Part shown: one piece after another, positions 24,701 through 35,789 of the stretch
Numbering within the stretch: the stretch's first letter is position 1
How the letters are laid out: each line of letters starts with the position of its first letter
Source of the DNA: Mustelus asterias
Taxonomy: Eukaryota
DNA: 64,000 nt
Direction of reading: 5' to 3'
NCBI RefSeq assembly: GCF_964213995.1
Contig: NC_135823.1
Span: 682,001-746,000 of the forward strand
Program-made: the position numbers and the translations under genes
The notes under the pieces: generated by a model
The model's database searches: none
Told to the model about the DNA's origin: nothing
What the model saw: only the letters and a program-made list of their open reading frames with translations

Positions 24701-27700
24701 CAGGTTAAAGTCCAACAGGTTTATTTGGGAGCAAAAGCCACTAGCTTTCGGAACAGGCTGTCCCTTCGCCAGGTGGGTGGGAGTTCTGATCACAAACAGG
24801 GCACAAATACACAACCTCAATTTACATGAATAATGATTGGAATGTGACTCTTTACAGCTAATCAAGTCTTAAAGGTACAGACAATGTGAGTGGAGGGAGC
24901 ATTAAACACAGGTTACAAAGATCTGTATTGTCTCCAGACAGGACAGCTCGTGAGATTTTGCACATCCAGGCAGGTTGTGGGGGTTACAGATAGTGACATG
25001 AACCCAATATCCCGGTTGAGGCCGTCCTCATGTGTGCGGCACCTGGCTATCAGTATCTTCTCAGCGACTCTGCGCTGTCGTGTGTCGTGAAGGCCCTCTT
25101 GGAGAACGCTTACCCGGAGATCAGAGGCTGAATGCCCGTGACCACTGAAGTGCTCCCCAACAGGAAGAGAACAGTCTTGCCTGGAGATTGTCGAGAGGTG
25201 TGCATCCGTTTTCCTCGCGTCTGCATGGTTTCCCCAGTGTACCATGCTTTGGGAGGCATGCCTCCCGAGGCATGGCACATTGGGGAAACCATGCAGGCGC
25301 TGCGACAACGGATGAATGAACACCGCTCGACAGCTGTAAACCTCCACGAATCTTTGATTCTATCTTGTGCTTTATTTCTCTGTTGTTTCAACTGTGCTTT
25401 GTAACATCTTGGTTCTTACTCCTCCCTGAATCTTTCACTCTCTCCCTCTTTCTCTTTGTGTGCCTTGTTCAAAAAGTGCTCAGTCCCTCTGTCACTGTCT
25501 GTCCCTTCCTCCCCCTGTGTCCTGTTGGAAAAGTCCTATTTAAAGTCTCTCGATTGGGCAGAGCGGTGGCACAGTCGCGAGCACTGACGCCTCACCGTGT
25601 CAGGTGCCAGTGTTCAATTCCGGCCTCCGATCACTGTCTGTGGAGTTTGCACATTCTCCCCGTGACTGCGTGGGTTTCCTCCGGGTGATTCGGTTGCCTC
25701 CCACAGTCCAAAGATTTGTTCGTTGATTGGCCATTCTAAATTGACCAGAGTGCCAGGGGGATAAGCAGGATAAGTACGTGGGTTTACGTGGATAGCGTGG
25801 GATTGTTGTCAGTGCGGACTCGATGAGCCGAATGGTCTACTTCTGCACTGTGGGATTCAATGACGACTCTCACCCTGAATCTTTCACTCTCTCTCTCTTT
25901 CTCTATGTGCGCCCCATTCAAAAAGTGCTCAGTCTCTCTGTCACTATCTCGCTCGAGCTCTCCCTGTGTCCTATTGGAAAAATGCTACTCTAATACATGA
26001 TGGGAAAGTATGCAAAACGTTTTGCCATTTTCCGGTCAAATTGGAGAGACAGATTTGACAAAATCCTTCGCTTGTTTGATTATTTCCACAATCGATTTTC
26101 TTTGAGTGAAAGTTTAATTCTTTTTGCAGATTCTCCCTCCCCGACCACCTGTCATTTACTGTTTCCTGGGGGTTTGTCGGCCGCGGCGCTTCTCCTTCTA
26201 GGATTGGTTCTTGTGGCCGGAAGAAGGATCTGCAGGAACCGGCAGAAAGGTAGCGATTGTTGCGGGATGCTGTTACTCCGCGGCGCTCTCAATCCACTCA
26301 TTTATCACTGAATTATTGACACTTCTGAGCGGGTTCGGTGTGAAATGTAGCCATTTTAAATTTCAGTATAAATTACTCTTTCTAACAGGAACCGCGAACA
26401 GTGATGACGAGCTGACAGAATCCAGGGAACACAAACAGAATAAAGAGGTGAATGAATGGAATTATTGTGGCTATCCCACACGGATACTTTTCATTAATTT
26501 TTTTATCCAGGTTTTAAAATTCATAAAGAACACAGAAAGTTCTAGAAAATCTCAACAAGCCTGGAGGCATCCAGGGACAGAGAAAGTTTCGAGGGAGTCT
26601 GACATTTCATCAGAGCTAGTTCTGTTTTCGTTCATTCGTGGGACATTTGATTTTATTTGATTTATTATTGTCACATGTATTAGCATACAGTGAAAACTAT
26701 TGGTTCTTGAACGCTATACAGACAAAGCATACCATTCATAGAGAAGAAAAGGAGAGACTGCAGAATGCAATGTTACAGTCATAGCTAGGCTGTGGAGAAA
26801 GATCAACTGAATGCGAGGTATGTCCATTCAAATGTCTGATGGCAGCAGGGAAGAAGCTGTTCTTGAATCGGTTGGGACATGACCTCAGACCTTTGTACTT
26901 TTCTTCCTGATGGAAGGAGTTGGAAGAGAATATGTCCAGGGTGCATGTGGTCCGTGATTATATTGGTTGCTTTTCCGAGGCGGTAGGAAGTGCAGACAGT
27001 GTCAATGGATGGGAGGCTGCGTTGACTGATGGACTGGACTCTGTTCACAACCCTTTGTTGTTTCTTGCGTTCTTGGACAGAGCAGGAGCCATACCAAGCT
27101 TACTCACTTTGAAAGCAAAAATAAGAAGGCAGATTACTCGCTGAATGGTTCTAACTTGGGAGAGAGGAGTGTGCAGCAGGACGTGGGTGCCTTTTTTCAC
27201 CAGTCCATGAAGTTAATACAGATACAGCACGGGGTAAACAAGGCAAATTGCATGTTGGCCCTCATGGCGAGAGGTTTCGATTACAGGAGCAGGGATGTGT
27301 TGTTGCAATTATACAGGGCCTTGGTGAGGCCACCCCGAGCGTATTATGTGCACTTTTAGTCTCGTTTTCTGAGGAAGGATGTTCTTGCTCTCGCGAGAGT
27401 GCAGCGAAGTTTTACCAGGCTGATTCCTGGGATGGCAGGACTGATGTATGAGCAGATGTTGACTAGGTTACGATTCTTTTCGCTGGCGTTCAGACGAATG
27501 AGGGGGAATCTCATAGAGACTTATACAATTCTAATAGGACTAGACACAGTAGACTAGACACCGTGATCTCCCGATGGTGGGAGAGTCCCGAACTAGGGAT
27601 CAGTCTGAGGATTCGGGGTAGACCATTTAGGACGGTGATGAGGAGAAATATCTTCACCCAAAGAGTGGTGAGCCTGTGGAATTCATTACCACAAGAAGTA

Positions 27701-28505
27701 GTTGATGTCAAAATATTGAATGTATTCAAGAGGTGGCTAGAGATAGCACTTGGGGCGAATGGGATCAAAGGTTATGGGGAGAAAGCACGATTAGGTGATT
27801 GAGTTGGAAGATCAGCCATGATCGTGATCAATGGTTGAGCAGGCTCGAAGGGCTCAATTGTTTTCTCCTTGCTCCTAACTTCTATAGAAACATAGAAGCA
27901 TAGAAAACCTTGTTCCTATGTTATGTGTAAAAGCAGCCAGCATAATCAATGACCCCTCGCATGCTAGACATACTCTCTTCTTCCATCGGGAAAAATATAC
28001 ATAAGTCTGAGTTCACGTACCAACCGACCCAAGAACAGCTTCTTCCCTGCTTGAATGGACCTACATTTAATTAAGCTGGCCTTTCTCTACATCGCTAGCT
28101 ATGATTGTAACACTGTAACCTACACCCATCGCTTTCCTTCTCTATGAAACAAAACTTTTCACTGCAATACATGTGACAATAATCAATCAAATCAAAACAC
28201 TTCACATAACACGGGGCTGAATTCTGGAATACTCACCACCAAAAAGCTATACAGAGCAGTGGACAATTGAAACTCTCAAAATTGAGAGGGGTAGATTTAC
28301 GTTAGTGACTGGATTGAGGATTATTCAATGTTGGTGGATGTATGTGAGTTGAGCTGCTAGTAGTCATGAACAGATTGAATAGAGTGGAGGGCCTCAATGG
28401 CCTCACCTATCCCTATAATAATGGTGTGGATTACACGAACAGATCACTTTTTATCCACAGACACTTTACGCTCGCCTAGCCTTCAATGAGGATCCAACAC
28501 TCTAA
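18669..28505 (+). CDS. Non-rearranging VJ-C1-TM-ITSM/ITIM immunoglobulin-superfamily receptor (PRARP/VJ-C1-like); join(18669..18711,20805..21143,21244..21549,26130..26249,26389..26447,28461..28505), 303 aa
   Basis: Six exons joined by GT-AG introns of phases 1,1,1,1,0 give one uninterrupted frame (912 nt including TAA): MSFLRICTLFHLFQ|VTVSQATLSQSPP...YYCAIPNYQNMVQIFGNGSKLVIT|AGSPTIFLL...VSSQR|DSPSPTTCHLLFPGGLSAAALLLLGLVLVAGRRICRNRQK|GTANSDDELTESREHKQNKE|TLYARLAFNEDPTL*. Four N-glycosylation sequons (NLS, NDS, NGS, NVS). The family assignment is inferred from architecture only. Confidence 0.85.
20135..20710 (-). mobile_element. Rex1-type LINE 3' fragment (intron 1), interrupted by Penelope fold-back element
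   Basis: Same 3' region and tail as the other Rex1-type copies (also at 4605-4962 +, 16575-16855 +, 26650-27100 -, 27925-28197 +). Confidence 0.8.
20463..20652 (+). mobile_element. Penelope-derived fold-back mini-insertion
   Basis: Inverted arms; 12-bp TSD tgcttttcctga (20451-20462 / 20653-20664). Confidence 0.85.
20805..21143 (+). CDS. Exon 2: germline-joined V-J Ig domain
   Basis: Acceptor (ct)n-cccag at 20804. V-set hallmarks: LSQSP, VNLSC (Cys 20882), WYRQ, GRFS, D-SG-YYC (Cys 21077), then the J motif FGNGSKLVIT in the same exon. Donor ACAG|gtaaat. No RSS between V and J. Confidence 0.95.
21244..21549 (+). CDS. Exon 3: C1-set Ig domain
   Basis: Follows a 100-bp intron (tttag|CC). PTIFLLTPP, LLCLVRGVSP, VRWNVSG, DGTYTIRSYISL and TWRSG are typical C1 motifs. 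Phase-1 donor AGAG|gtagct. Confidence 0.92.
22251..22664 (+). mobile_element. Non-coding element with CR1-type 3' tail inserted into an HE1 SINE
   Basis: The last ~85 bp match the CR1 tail at 49388-49460. The body is unrelated to that CR1 and contains long self-complementary arms. Confidence 0.65.
22988..24130 (-). mobile_element. CR1 LINE 3' fragment inserted in an HE1 SINE tail (intron 3 of VJ-C1 gene)
   Basis: RT motifs in ORF 23728..24177; tail near-identical to the 47868-49460 copy. Confidence 0.9.
24643..25335 (-). mobile_element. Penelope-like element 3' part (GIY-YIG C-terminus + pLTR) with 5' fold-back
   Basis: WYTGETMQT, LPVGEHFSGHGH, GLNRDIG on the minus strand; hairpin centred on gggaggcatgcctccc (25251-25266). 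Confidence 0.85.
26130..26249 (+). CDS. Exon 4: connecting peptide with Cys, transmembrane helix and basic stop-transfer segment
   Basis: Acceptor tctttttgcag|AT (phase 1). Encodes DSPSPTTCHLLFPGGLSAAALLLLGLVLVAG-RRICRNRQK. Donor AAAG|gtagcg. Confidence 0.85.
26389..26447 (+). CDS. Exon 5: cytoplasmic segment
   Basis: Acceptor ctctttctaacag|GA, donor GAG|gtgaat. Encodes the hydrophilic GTANSDDELTESREHKQNKE; phase 1 in, phase 0 out. Confidence 0.75.
27120..27890 (+). mobile_element. CR1 LINE 3' fragment (intron 5 of VJ-C1 gene)
   Basis: LLQLYRALVRP and FTQRVVSLWNSLP motifs. Confidence 0.85.
28461..28505 (+). CDS. Exon 6: terminal coding exon with TxYxxL tyrosine motif
   Basis: Acceptor ctttttatccacag|ACA (phase 0) encodes TLYARLAFNEDPTL-TAA. 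It lies at the start of the first long non-repeat stretch after exon 5. Confidence 0.78.
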   Translation, partial: TLYARLAFNEDPTL

Positions 28506-29369
28506 CTCGAGAGAAAGGAGAGAGAGAGAACGCATTGTGTGCTTCCTGGATGTGTTGCGTTGCAGAAACATTCATCTTGGAGCACGGGAAATTCGGAAAG
28601 TGAAACGGGTGCAAATTCGGGCGGATTAGCGTCTCAATTTTATAATGGCGCCCAAAGTGGAAAATGAATCTTCTCTTAATGACCGCCATTCTAAGACGGA
28701 ATGTCGCCTAAAATGCAATTTCACCTCTTCATGCTTCTACCTTCTCATATGGGTTTTACAATTCTATTCTGCATTTTCTACCATAATTGTGAAAGAAATA
28801 GTTCAAATGTATCTGTGTCCCAGTCACCAAAATATTGAAACAGAGTTTGAAAACCAACTTCGTGTGTGATTTCAGTTTCCTTTCGGTTCCAGAACAAATG
28901 TGTTTCCATTGGCTCTTGAGCTAATTCATAGAGACGTTTTTCGAGTGAATGTGTGTGCGTTGGAGGTAGGGTTAAAGCCTGACAAGGCATATTTGCAACT
29001 TTGGATTTCGGCTGCATGAATATGCAATATGCCAAATTAAATGTGTGTTCCCAGTCTTAACTGGATGTACCTTGGTATTAGACACTGTTATATTTAATCC
29101 TGAAAGAACATTAGCTGTAATCCATGTTCCTGTCTGATAACACGGGTAAGTGGATGTGATAGACACGAAGCTGGGAACTCTGACCATTTCCAGCATAAAA
29201 AGAGCCATTCTGCCCGTGAAATCAGCGCCATTCGTTCCAACCGGCAATTCCGTCTAAACTCCCGGCTTTCTCCCAATGTCCCTGACAACTATTCCCCTTT
29301 CACCACAACACCCTTTCAATCTTATTTCCCCCCCCCCCCCCCTTAATTCTCAGTAAATGGTCGTACTTG

Positions 29370-29712
29370 GATACGGAGGCGATGGTCCAGTGGTTTATCG
29401 CTGGACTCATAATCTAATAAAGTTAGCTAATGCGACCAGGATTCGTATCCCACCACGGCAGATGATAAAATTTGGATTTAATAAAAAAAACTCTGGAATT
29501 AAGAATCTACTGATGACCATTGGCGATTGTCGAAAAATAACACCTGGTTCACTAATATCACTAAAATCTGCCGTCCTTACCCGTCTGGCCTACATGTGAC
29601 TCCAGAGCCACAGCAATGTGGTTGATTCTCAACTGCATTCCAAGGGCAACTAGGGATGGGCAACAAATGCTGGCCAGCCAGCGACGCCCATGTCCAACGG
29701 ATGAATAAATAA
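29370..29712 (+). mobile_element. tRNA-derived SINE, SacSINE1-like
   Basis: B box ggattcgtatcc; core aaatctgccgtccttacccgtctggcctacatgtgactcc; tail tagggatgggcaacaaatgctggcc...atgaataaa. Related copies at 4120-4415(+) and 31470-31600(-). The family name is from recall. Confidence 0.6.
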
Positions 29713-30077
29713 AATCCATGCAGGTTGAAGCATAACGCATTGGCTTTAACTACAAGATGTTTGCTGGTGAACGTCAATTCTTCAGTCACGTTGGAAGATT
29801 AGGCAAATAAGTTAGTAAATTTCGGATGATTTTTAAATGAGATGGTGCGACCTGTTCCCATGATATTTTTAATACCATGACTATGGAGAATCTGTAATGT
29901 CGTGCGATGGATACTTGGGCCATTGTTAATTTCTGAAGGAATATAGGAACTCGGACAATTTCTGGCATAGACGCAGAGACACATTTTCAAATTAACACCG
30001 CTTTACACTGGTCCAAAAGAATCATTCTGCACAGAAATTTCGAAGGGTATTTGAAGCCATGTGCTACATTATGGAGA

Positions 30078-30650
30078 ATCATAGAATCACAGAGCGCAGA
30101 AGAGGCCTTTCGGTCCATCGTGTTTACATCGAGACCTGAACCCCCACCTAATTCCATCTACCACCACTTGGCCCATAGCCTTCAATGTTGCAATATGTCA
30201 AGTGCTCATCCAGATAATTCTTAAAGGATGTGAGGCAACCCGCCTCTACCACCCTCCCAGTCAGCGCATTCCAAACCCTCACCACCCTCTGGGTGACAAA
30301 ACCTTTCCTCACATCCCCCTAAACCATCTGCCTCTCACCTGGACCTATGTCCCCTCGTGACTGACCTTTCAACTCAGGAGAACAGTTGCTCCTTATCCAC
30401 TCTCTCTCTGCTCCTCGTAATTTTGTACACCTCCACCAGGTCACTGCTCAGTCTTCTCTGCTCCAACGAAAATGACCCAACCCTATCCAACCTCTCTTCA
30501 TAACTTGAATGTTCCATCCCAGGCAGAATCCTGGTGAATCTCCTTTGCACCTCTTCCAGTGCATTCACATCTTCCGATACTTCGCCAAACAGAACTGCAC
30601 ACTGTAATCCAGCTGTGGCATCACCAATGTTCCAGAGGACATCAACATGT
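30078..30650 (-). mobile_element. CR1 LINE 3' fragment
   Basis: ALEEVQRRFTRILPG...SYEERL. Confidence 0.8.
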
Positions 30651-32544
30651 CTTCCTTGGTTTTGAAGGGAATGGATGAGATGGGAAAAGTTCTTGTGTTC
30701 AAGACAGTTCATTCACCCCATGAGGTTTTGAACATGCCATCCACCAGGACAATTGTTTCTTCAGGAATGCAGGGGTTCCATTCAATTATCCCCAAATCAC
30801 TCTACCCAGAGAGCCATTCGCAATGCCGATCACTTCCTGTGTGAAATGTTCCTGGCATCAGTTCTGAATTTAGCTTGGAACATGTTACACTGTTGTATCC
30901 AAAAGAGCACTGGGGCAGGTGGAGTCCATTCAGACACTCGGTAAGTTTGGCCTCTCTTCAGTAATCTGGATCTTAACTCCTTCCACGCTGTCCCATACAA
31001 TAAACCTCCATCGCATTACTGGACAACATCTGAGTTCTGATAGTTTTCAATGAACCTCCTCCTCAGCACCCCACCCCCCGCAGCCTCAACAGTTATTGGA
31101 GGGTCGGAGTTCCAGATGATCCCACTACTTTGTTTTCGGAAGTATGAACAGGTCAACGTTCATGGAATCCCTGCACAAGGAGGCCATTGAGCCAGCACCC
31201 ATAACAGTCCAACCCAGGCCCTATGCCTGTAACAATACGTATTTATTTGCTAATCTACTCACAGGAAGGAGGGATTTAGAATGGCCAATCAACCGAACCC
31301 GCACATTTTAGGACTGTGGGAAGAAACTGGAGCACCCGGAGGAAATCCACGCAGACATGGGAAAAGTGTACCAACTCGACAGAGACAGTGCCCGAGTCCA
31401 GAATCGAACCCGGGTCCCTGGCGCTAACCATGGTAATAGGGAGATTCTTCATGCCAGGTATTTTAAAAATTAAATTCAAATTTCACCATCTGCCGTGGCG
31501 GGATTCGAACCCGGGTACCCAGAACATTGGCTAAGTTTCTGGATTAAGTCTCGTGATAATGCCACGAGGTCATTGCTTCCCCAACGTGGTAGGCGTTTAA
31601 TATGATGGATAACTACCAGCCTGGAGCAGATTGTCCATGCTCCATTGAGTAAGAGGATAATTATGCCACAGAGAGATCGACAGGGAAACAGCCACTGGGT
31701 GAAACAATAACTGAAACGTTCACTCCTCTTTCGAGATATCTTCGATCTGACACTTTCTGGTTGGAAACAGAATAAATAAACAGATATTCCGAAAGAATTC
31801 AACGCAACACACGGTATTCGGCTGCTACCCCCTGTGCTCATGTGAATGACGCAACCGGTAGTGCTCTTGAGTTCAGCAATTTATCCACGCTGCCCAAGAA
31901 AGGGCTGCACGGTGGCACAGTGGTTAGCACTGCTGCCGCACAACGCCAGATTCGATTCCCGGCTTGGGTCACTGTCTGTGTGAAGTCTGCACGTTCTCCC
32001 TTGTCTACGTGGGTTTCCTTCGGGTCCTCCAGTTTCCTCCGCAGTCCAAAAGATGCACAGGTTAGATGAATGGGCCACACTAAGTTTTCCCTCAGTGTAC
32101 CTGAACAGGCGCCAGAATGTGGTGACATGGGGATTTTCACTGTAACTTAATTGCAGTGTTAATGTAAGCCTACTTGTGAGTAATAAATACATAAATACAT
32201 TTTGCCTTTCCTCCACCGCTTGAAACTTTCTGAAACGCCCAGTTAAGCATAAGCTGTGAGATGTTTCTCTTTGCGGGCTGAGATGTGAGTGGGCTCTTGA
32301 ACTATGAACAGGAAACGCTGAGACAAAATAAACACAGCGCTGAATTTTCCAGTTCTTAACCACTGCACGTCGTGTCGCAAAACGTGCATTTCCACCATGT
32401 TTTCCGGTTTCCGGGGGCTCAGTCCTGAGTTACAGAAAGGAAAGCTGGTTTGTGTATGGCAGCGAAAAAAACACGTGATCCCAGCCAATCCGCTCCTCAC
32501 GACCCTGGACACTTCCTTGAAGGTTTGGGCCATCCTCAACTTAA

Positions 32545-35410
32545 AACATGGAACCGTACAGCACAGTACAGGCCCGTCGGCCCTCGATCCTGTGCCGAGC
32601 TTTGTCCGAAACCAAGATCAAGATATCCCACTCCCTATCATTCTCGTGTGCTCCATGTGCCTATCCAATAACAGCTTAAAATTTCCTAAAGTGTCCGACT
32701 CTACTATCACAGCAGGCAGTCGATTCCGCACCCCAACCACTCTCTGAGTAAAGAACCTAATCGGACATCCCTCCTATATCTCCCACCATGAACCTTATAG
32801 TTATGGCCCCTCGTAACAGCTACATTCACCCGAGGAAATAGTCTCTGAACGTCCACTCTATCTATCCCCCTTACCATCTTATAAACCTCTATTAAGTCGC
32901 CTCTCATCCTCCTCCGCTCCAAAGAGAAAAGCCCTAGCTCCCTCAACCTTTCCTCATCAGATCTACCCTCCAAACCAGGCAGCATCCTGGTAAATCTCCT
33001 CTGCACTCTCTCCAATGCTTCCACATCCCTCTTATCGTGAGGTGACCAGAACTGCACACAATATTCCAAATGTGGTCTCACCAAGGTCCTGTACAGTTGT
33101 AGCATAACCCCACGGCTCTACAACTCCAACCCCCTGTTAATAAACGCTAACACACTACAGGCCTTCTTCAGGGCACTATCCACTTGAGTGGCAACCTTCA
33201 GAGATCTGTGGATATGAACCCCAAGATCTCTCTCTTCCTCCACATTCCTCAGAACCCTGCTGTTTACCCTGTAATTCGCATTCAAATTTGTCCTAACAAA
33301 ATGAATCACCTCGCACTTATCAGTGTTAAACTCCATCTGCCATCTTTTGGCCCAGCTCGGCATCCTATCAATGTCTCTTTGCAGCCTACAACAGCCCTAC
33401 ACCTCATCCACTACTCCACCAATCTTGGTGTCATCAGCACATTTACTGACCCACCCTTCAGCCCCTTCCTCCAAGTCATTGATACAACTCACAAATAGCA
33501 CAGGACCCAGCACTGATCCCTGTGGTACACCGCTGATAACTGGTCTCCAGCCTGAAAATTTTGCATCCACCACCACCCTCTGTCTTCTATGCGATAGCCA
33601 GTTACTTATCCAATGGGCTAAATTGCCCTCTTTCCCATACCTCCTTACTTTCTTAATGAGCCTACCATGGGGAAACCTATCAAACGCCTTACTAAAATCC
33701 ATGTATACGACATCAACTTCTCTACCTTCATCTAAACACTGAGTGAACGCCTCAAATAATTCAGTCAAATTTGCGAGGCAAGACTTACCCTTCACGAATC
33801 CGTGCTGACTCTCACGGATTGAGCTGCATCTTTCCAAATGGTCATAAATCCTATCCCTCAGGACCTTTTCCATTCACTTACCGACCACCGAAGTAAGACT
33901 AACCGGTCTATAATTACCAGGGTCATTCCTATTTCCTTTCTTGAACAGAGGAACAAAATTCGCCACTCACCAGTCATCTGGTACTAACCCCGTGGACAGT
34001 GAGGACCCAAAGATCAAAGCCAAAGGTTCTGCAATCTCATCCCTTGCCTCCCAAAGAATCCTAGGATATATCCCATCTGGCCCAGGGGACTTATCGACCC
34101 TCAGGTTTTTCAAAATTGCTCATACATCTTCCCTCAGAACATCTACCTCCTCCAGCCTATCAGCCTGTATCCCATTCTCATCCTCAAAAACATGGTGCCT
34201 CTCCTTGGTGAACACTGAATGAAAGTATTCATTCATCGCCTCTTCGATCTCTTCTGACTCCATGCACAAGTTCCCACCACTATCCTTGACCGGCCCTAAC
34301 CTCACCCTGGTCATTCTTTTATTTCTCACATAAGAGTAAAAAGCCTTGGGGTTTTCCTTGATCCAACCCGCTCAGGACTTCTCCTGCCCCCTCCTCGCTC
34401 TCCTCAGCCCTTTTTTAGCTCATTCCTTGCTACCTTGTTACCCTCAAGCGACCCAACTGAACCTTGTTTTCTCATCCTTACGTGCGCTTCCTTTTTCCTC
34501 GTGAGAAGACATTCAACCTCTTTTGTGAACCATGGTTCCCTCACTCGGCCATTTCCCCCCTGCCATACAGGGACGTGCCTGTCAAGGTCACGCAGTATTT
34601 GTTCCTTGAACAAGCTCAACTTTTCTTTTGTGCCTTTCCCTGACAGTTTCTGTTCTCATCTTATGCTCCCTAATTCTTGCCTAATCGCATCATAATTACC
34701 CCTCCCCCAATTATAAACCGTGGCCTGCCGTAAAGTCCTATCATTCTCCATTCCAATAATGAAAGACACCGAATTATGGCCACTATCTCCAAAGTGCTCT
34801 CCCACAAACAAATCTAACATTCGGCCCGGTTCATTACCCAGTACCAAGTCCAATGTGGCCCCACCTCCTGTCGGCCCATCCACATATTGTGTCAGGAAAC
34901 CCTCCTGCACACACTCTACAAAAACTGCCCCATCCGAACTATTCGACCTATAAAGGTTCCAATCAATGTTTGGAAAGTTAAAGTCACCCATGACAATTAC
35001 CCTGTGACCTCCACACCTATCCATAATCTGCTTTGCAATTTCTTCCTCCACATCTCTATTACTATTTGGGGGCCTATAGAAAACCTCCAACAACGTGACC
35101 ACTCCTTTCCTATTTCTAACTTCAGCCCATATCACCTCAGTCGGCAGATCCCCCTCGAACTACCTTTCAGCAGCCGTTAAACTATCCTTGATTAACAAGG
35201 CTACTCCTCCACCTCTTTTACCACCTTCCATTCTCTTACCGAAACATAACCCCGGCACCTCCAACAACCATTTCTGTCCCTGTTCTAACCATGTCTCCGT
35301 AATGGCCACAACTTCGCAGTCCCAAGTACCAATCCACTCTCCAAGTTCACCTACCTTATTCCGGATGCTCCTTGCATTGAAGTAGACACACTTAAACCCA
35401 CCTTCCCGTC
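32545..35410 (-). mobile_element. 5'-truncated CR1 LINE (endonuclease + RT), frameshifted
   Basis: ORF fragments [56 protein letters not shown]. Confidence 0.92.
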
Positions 35411-35789
35411 TGCATTAGAGTGGTACGTTTGGACGGTTAGCACCACTGAGATAGCAGGCAGTTGCTCCAGTGTATACTTTGTATAACTGAACTTCTTGAT
35501 TTCATTTCATTTATTATTATCACATGTATTGGATATTGTGAAAACTATTGCTTCTTGCGTATTATACAGACCAGGCATAAAAGCAAATTACTGCGGATTC
35601 TGAAATCTGAAACCAAAAGAGAAAATGCTGGAAAATCTCAGCAGGTCTGGCAGCACCTGTCAGGAGAGACGAGAGCTGATGTTTCGAGTCCAGATGACCC
35701 TTTGTCAAAATAACGCATGTTATACACTCAACAAACAACCAAATAATCTTAAGCAAAGTTGTTTCCGGTAAAACCGCGTCCAATGAAAT

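Noticed and set aside
31476-31841. Minus-strand ORF or exon with acceptor near 31760
   Set aside because: No motif in any frame, it runs into a SINE, and no partner exons were found.
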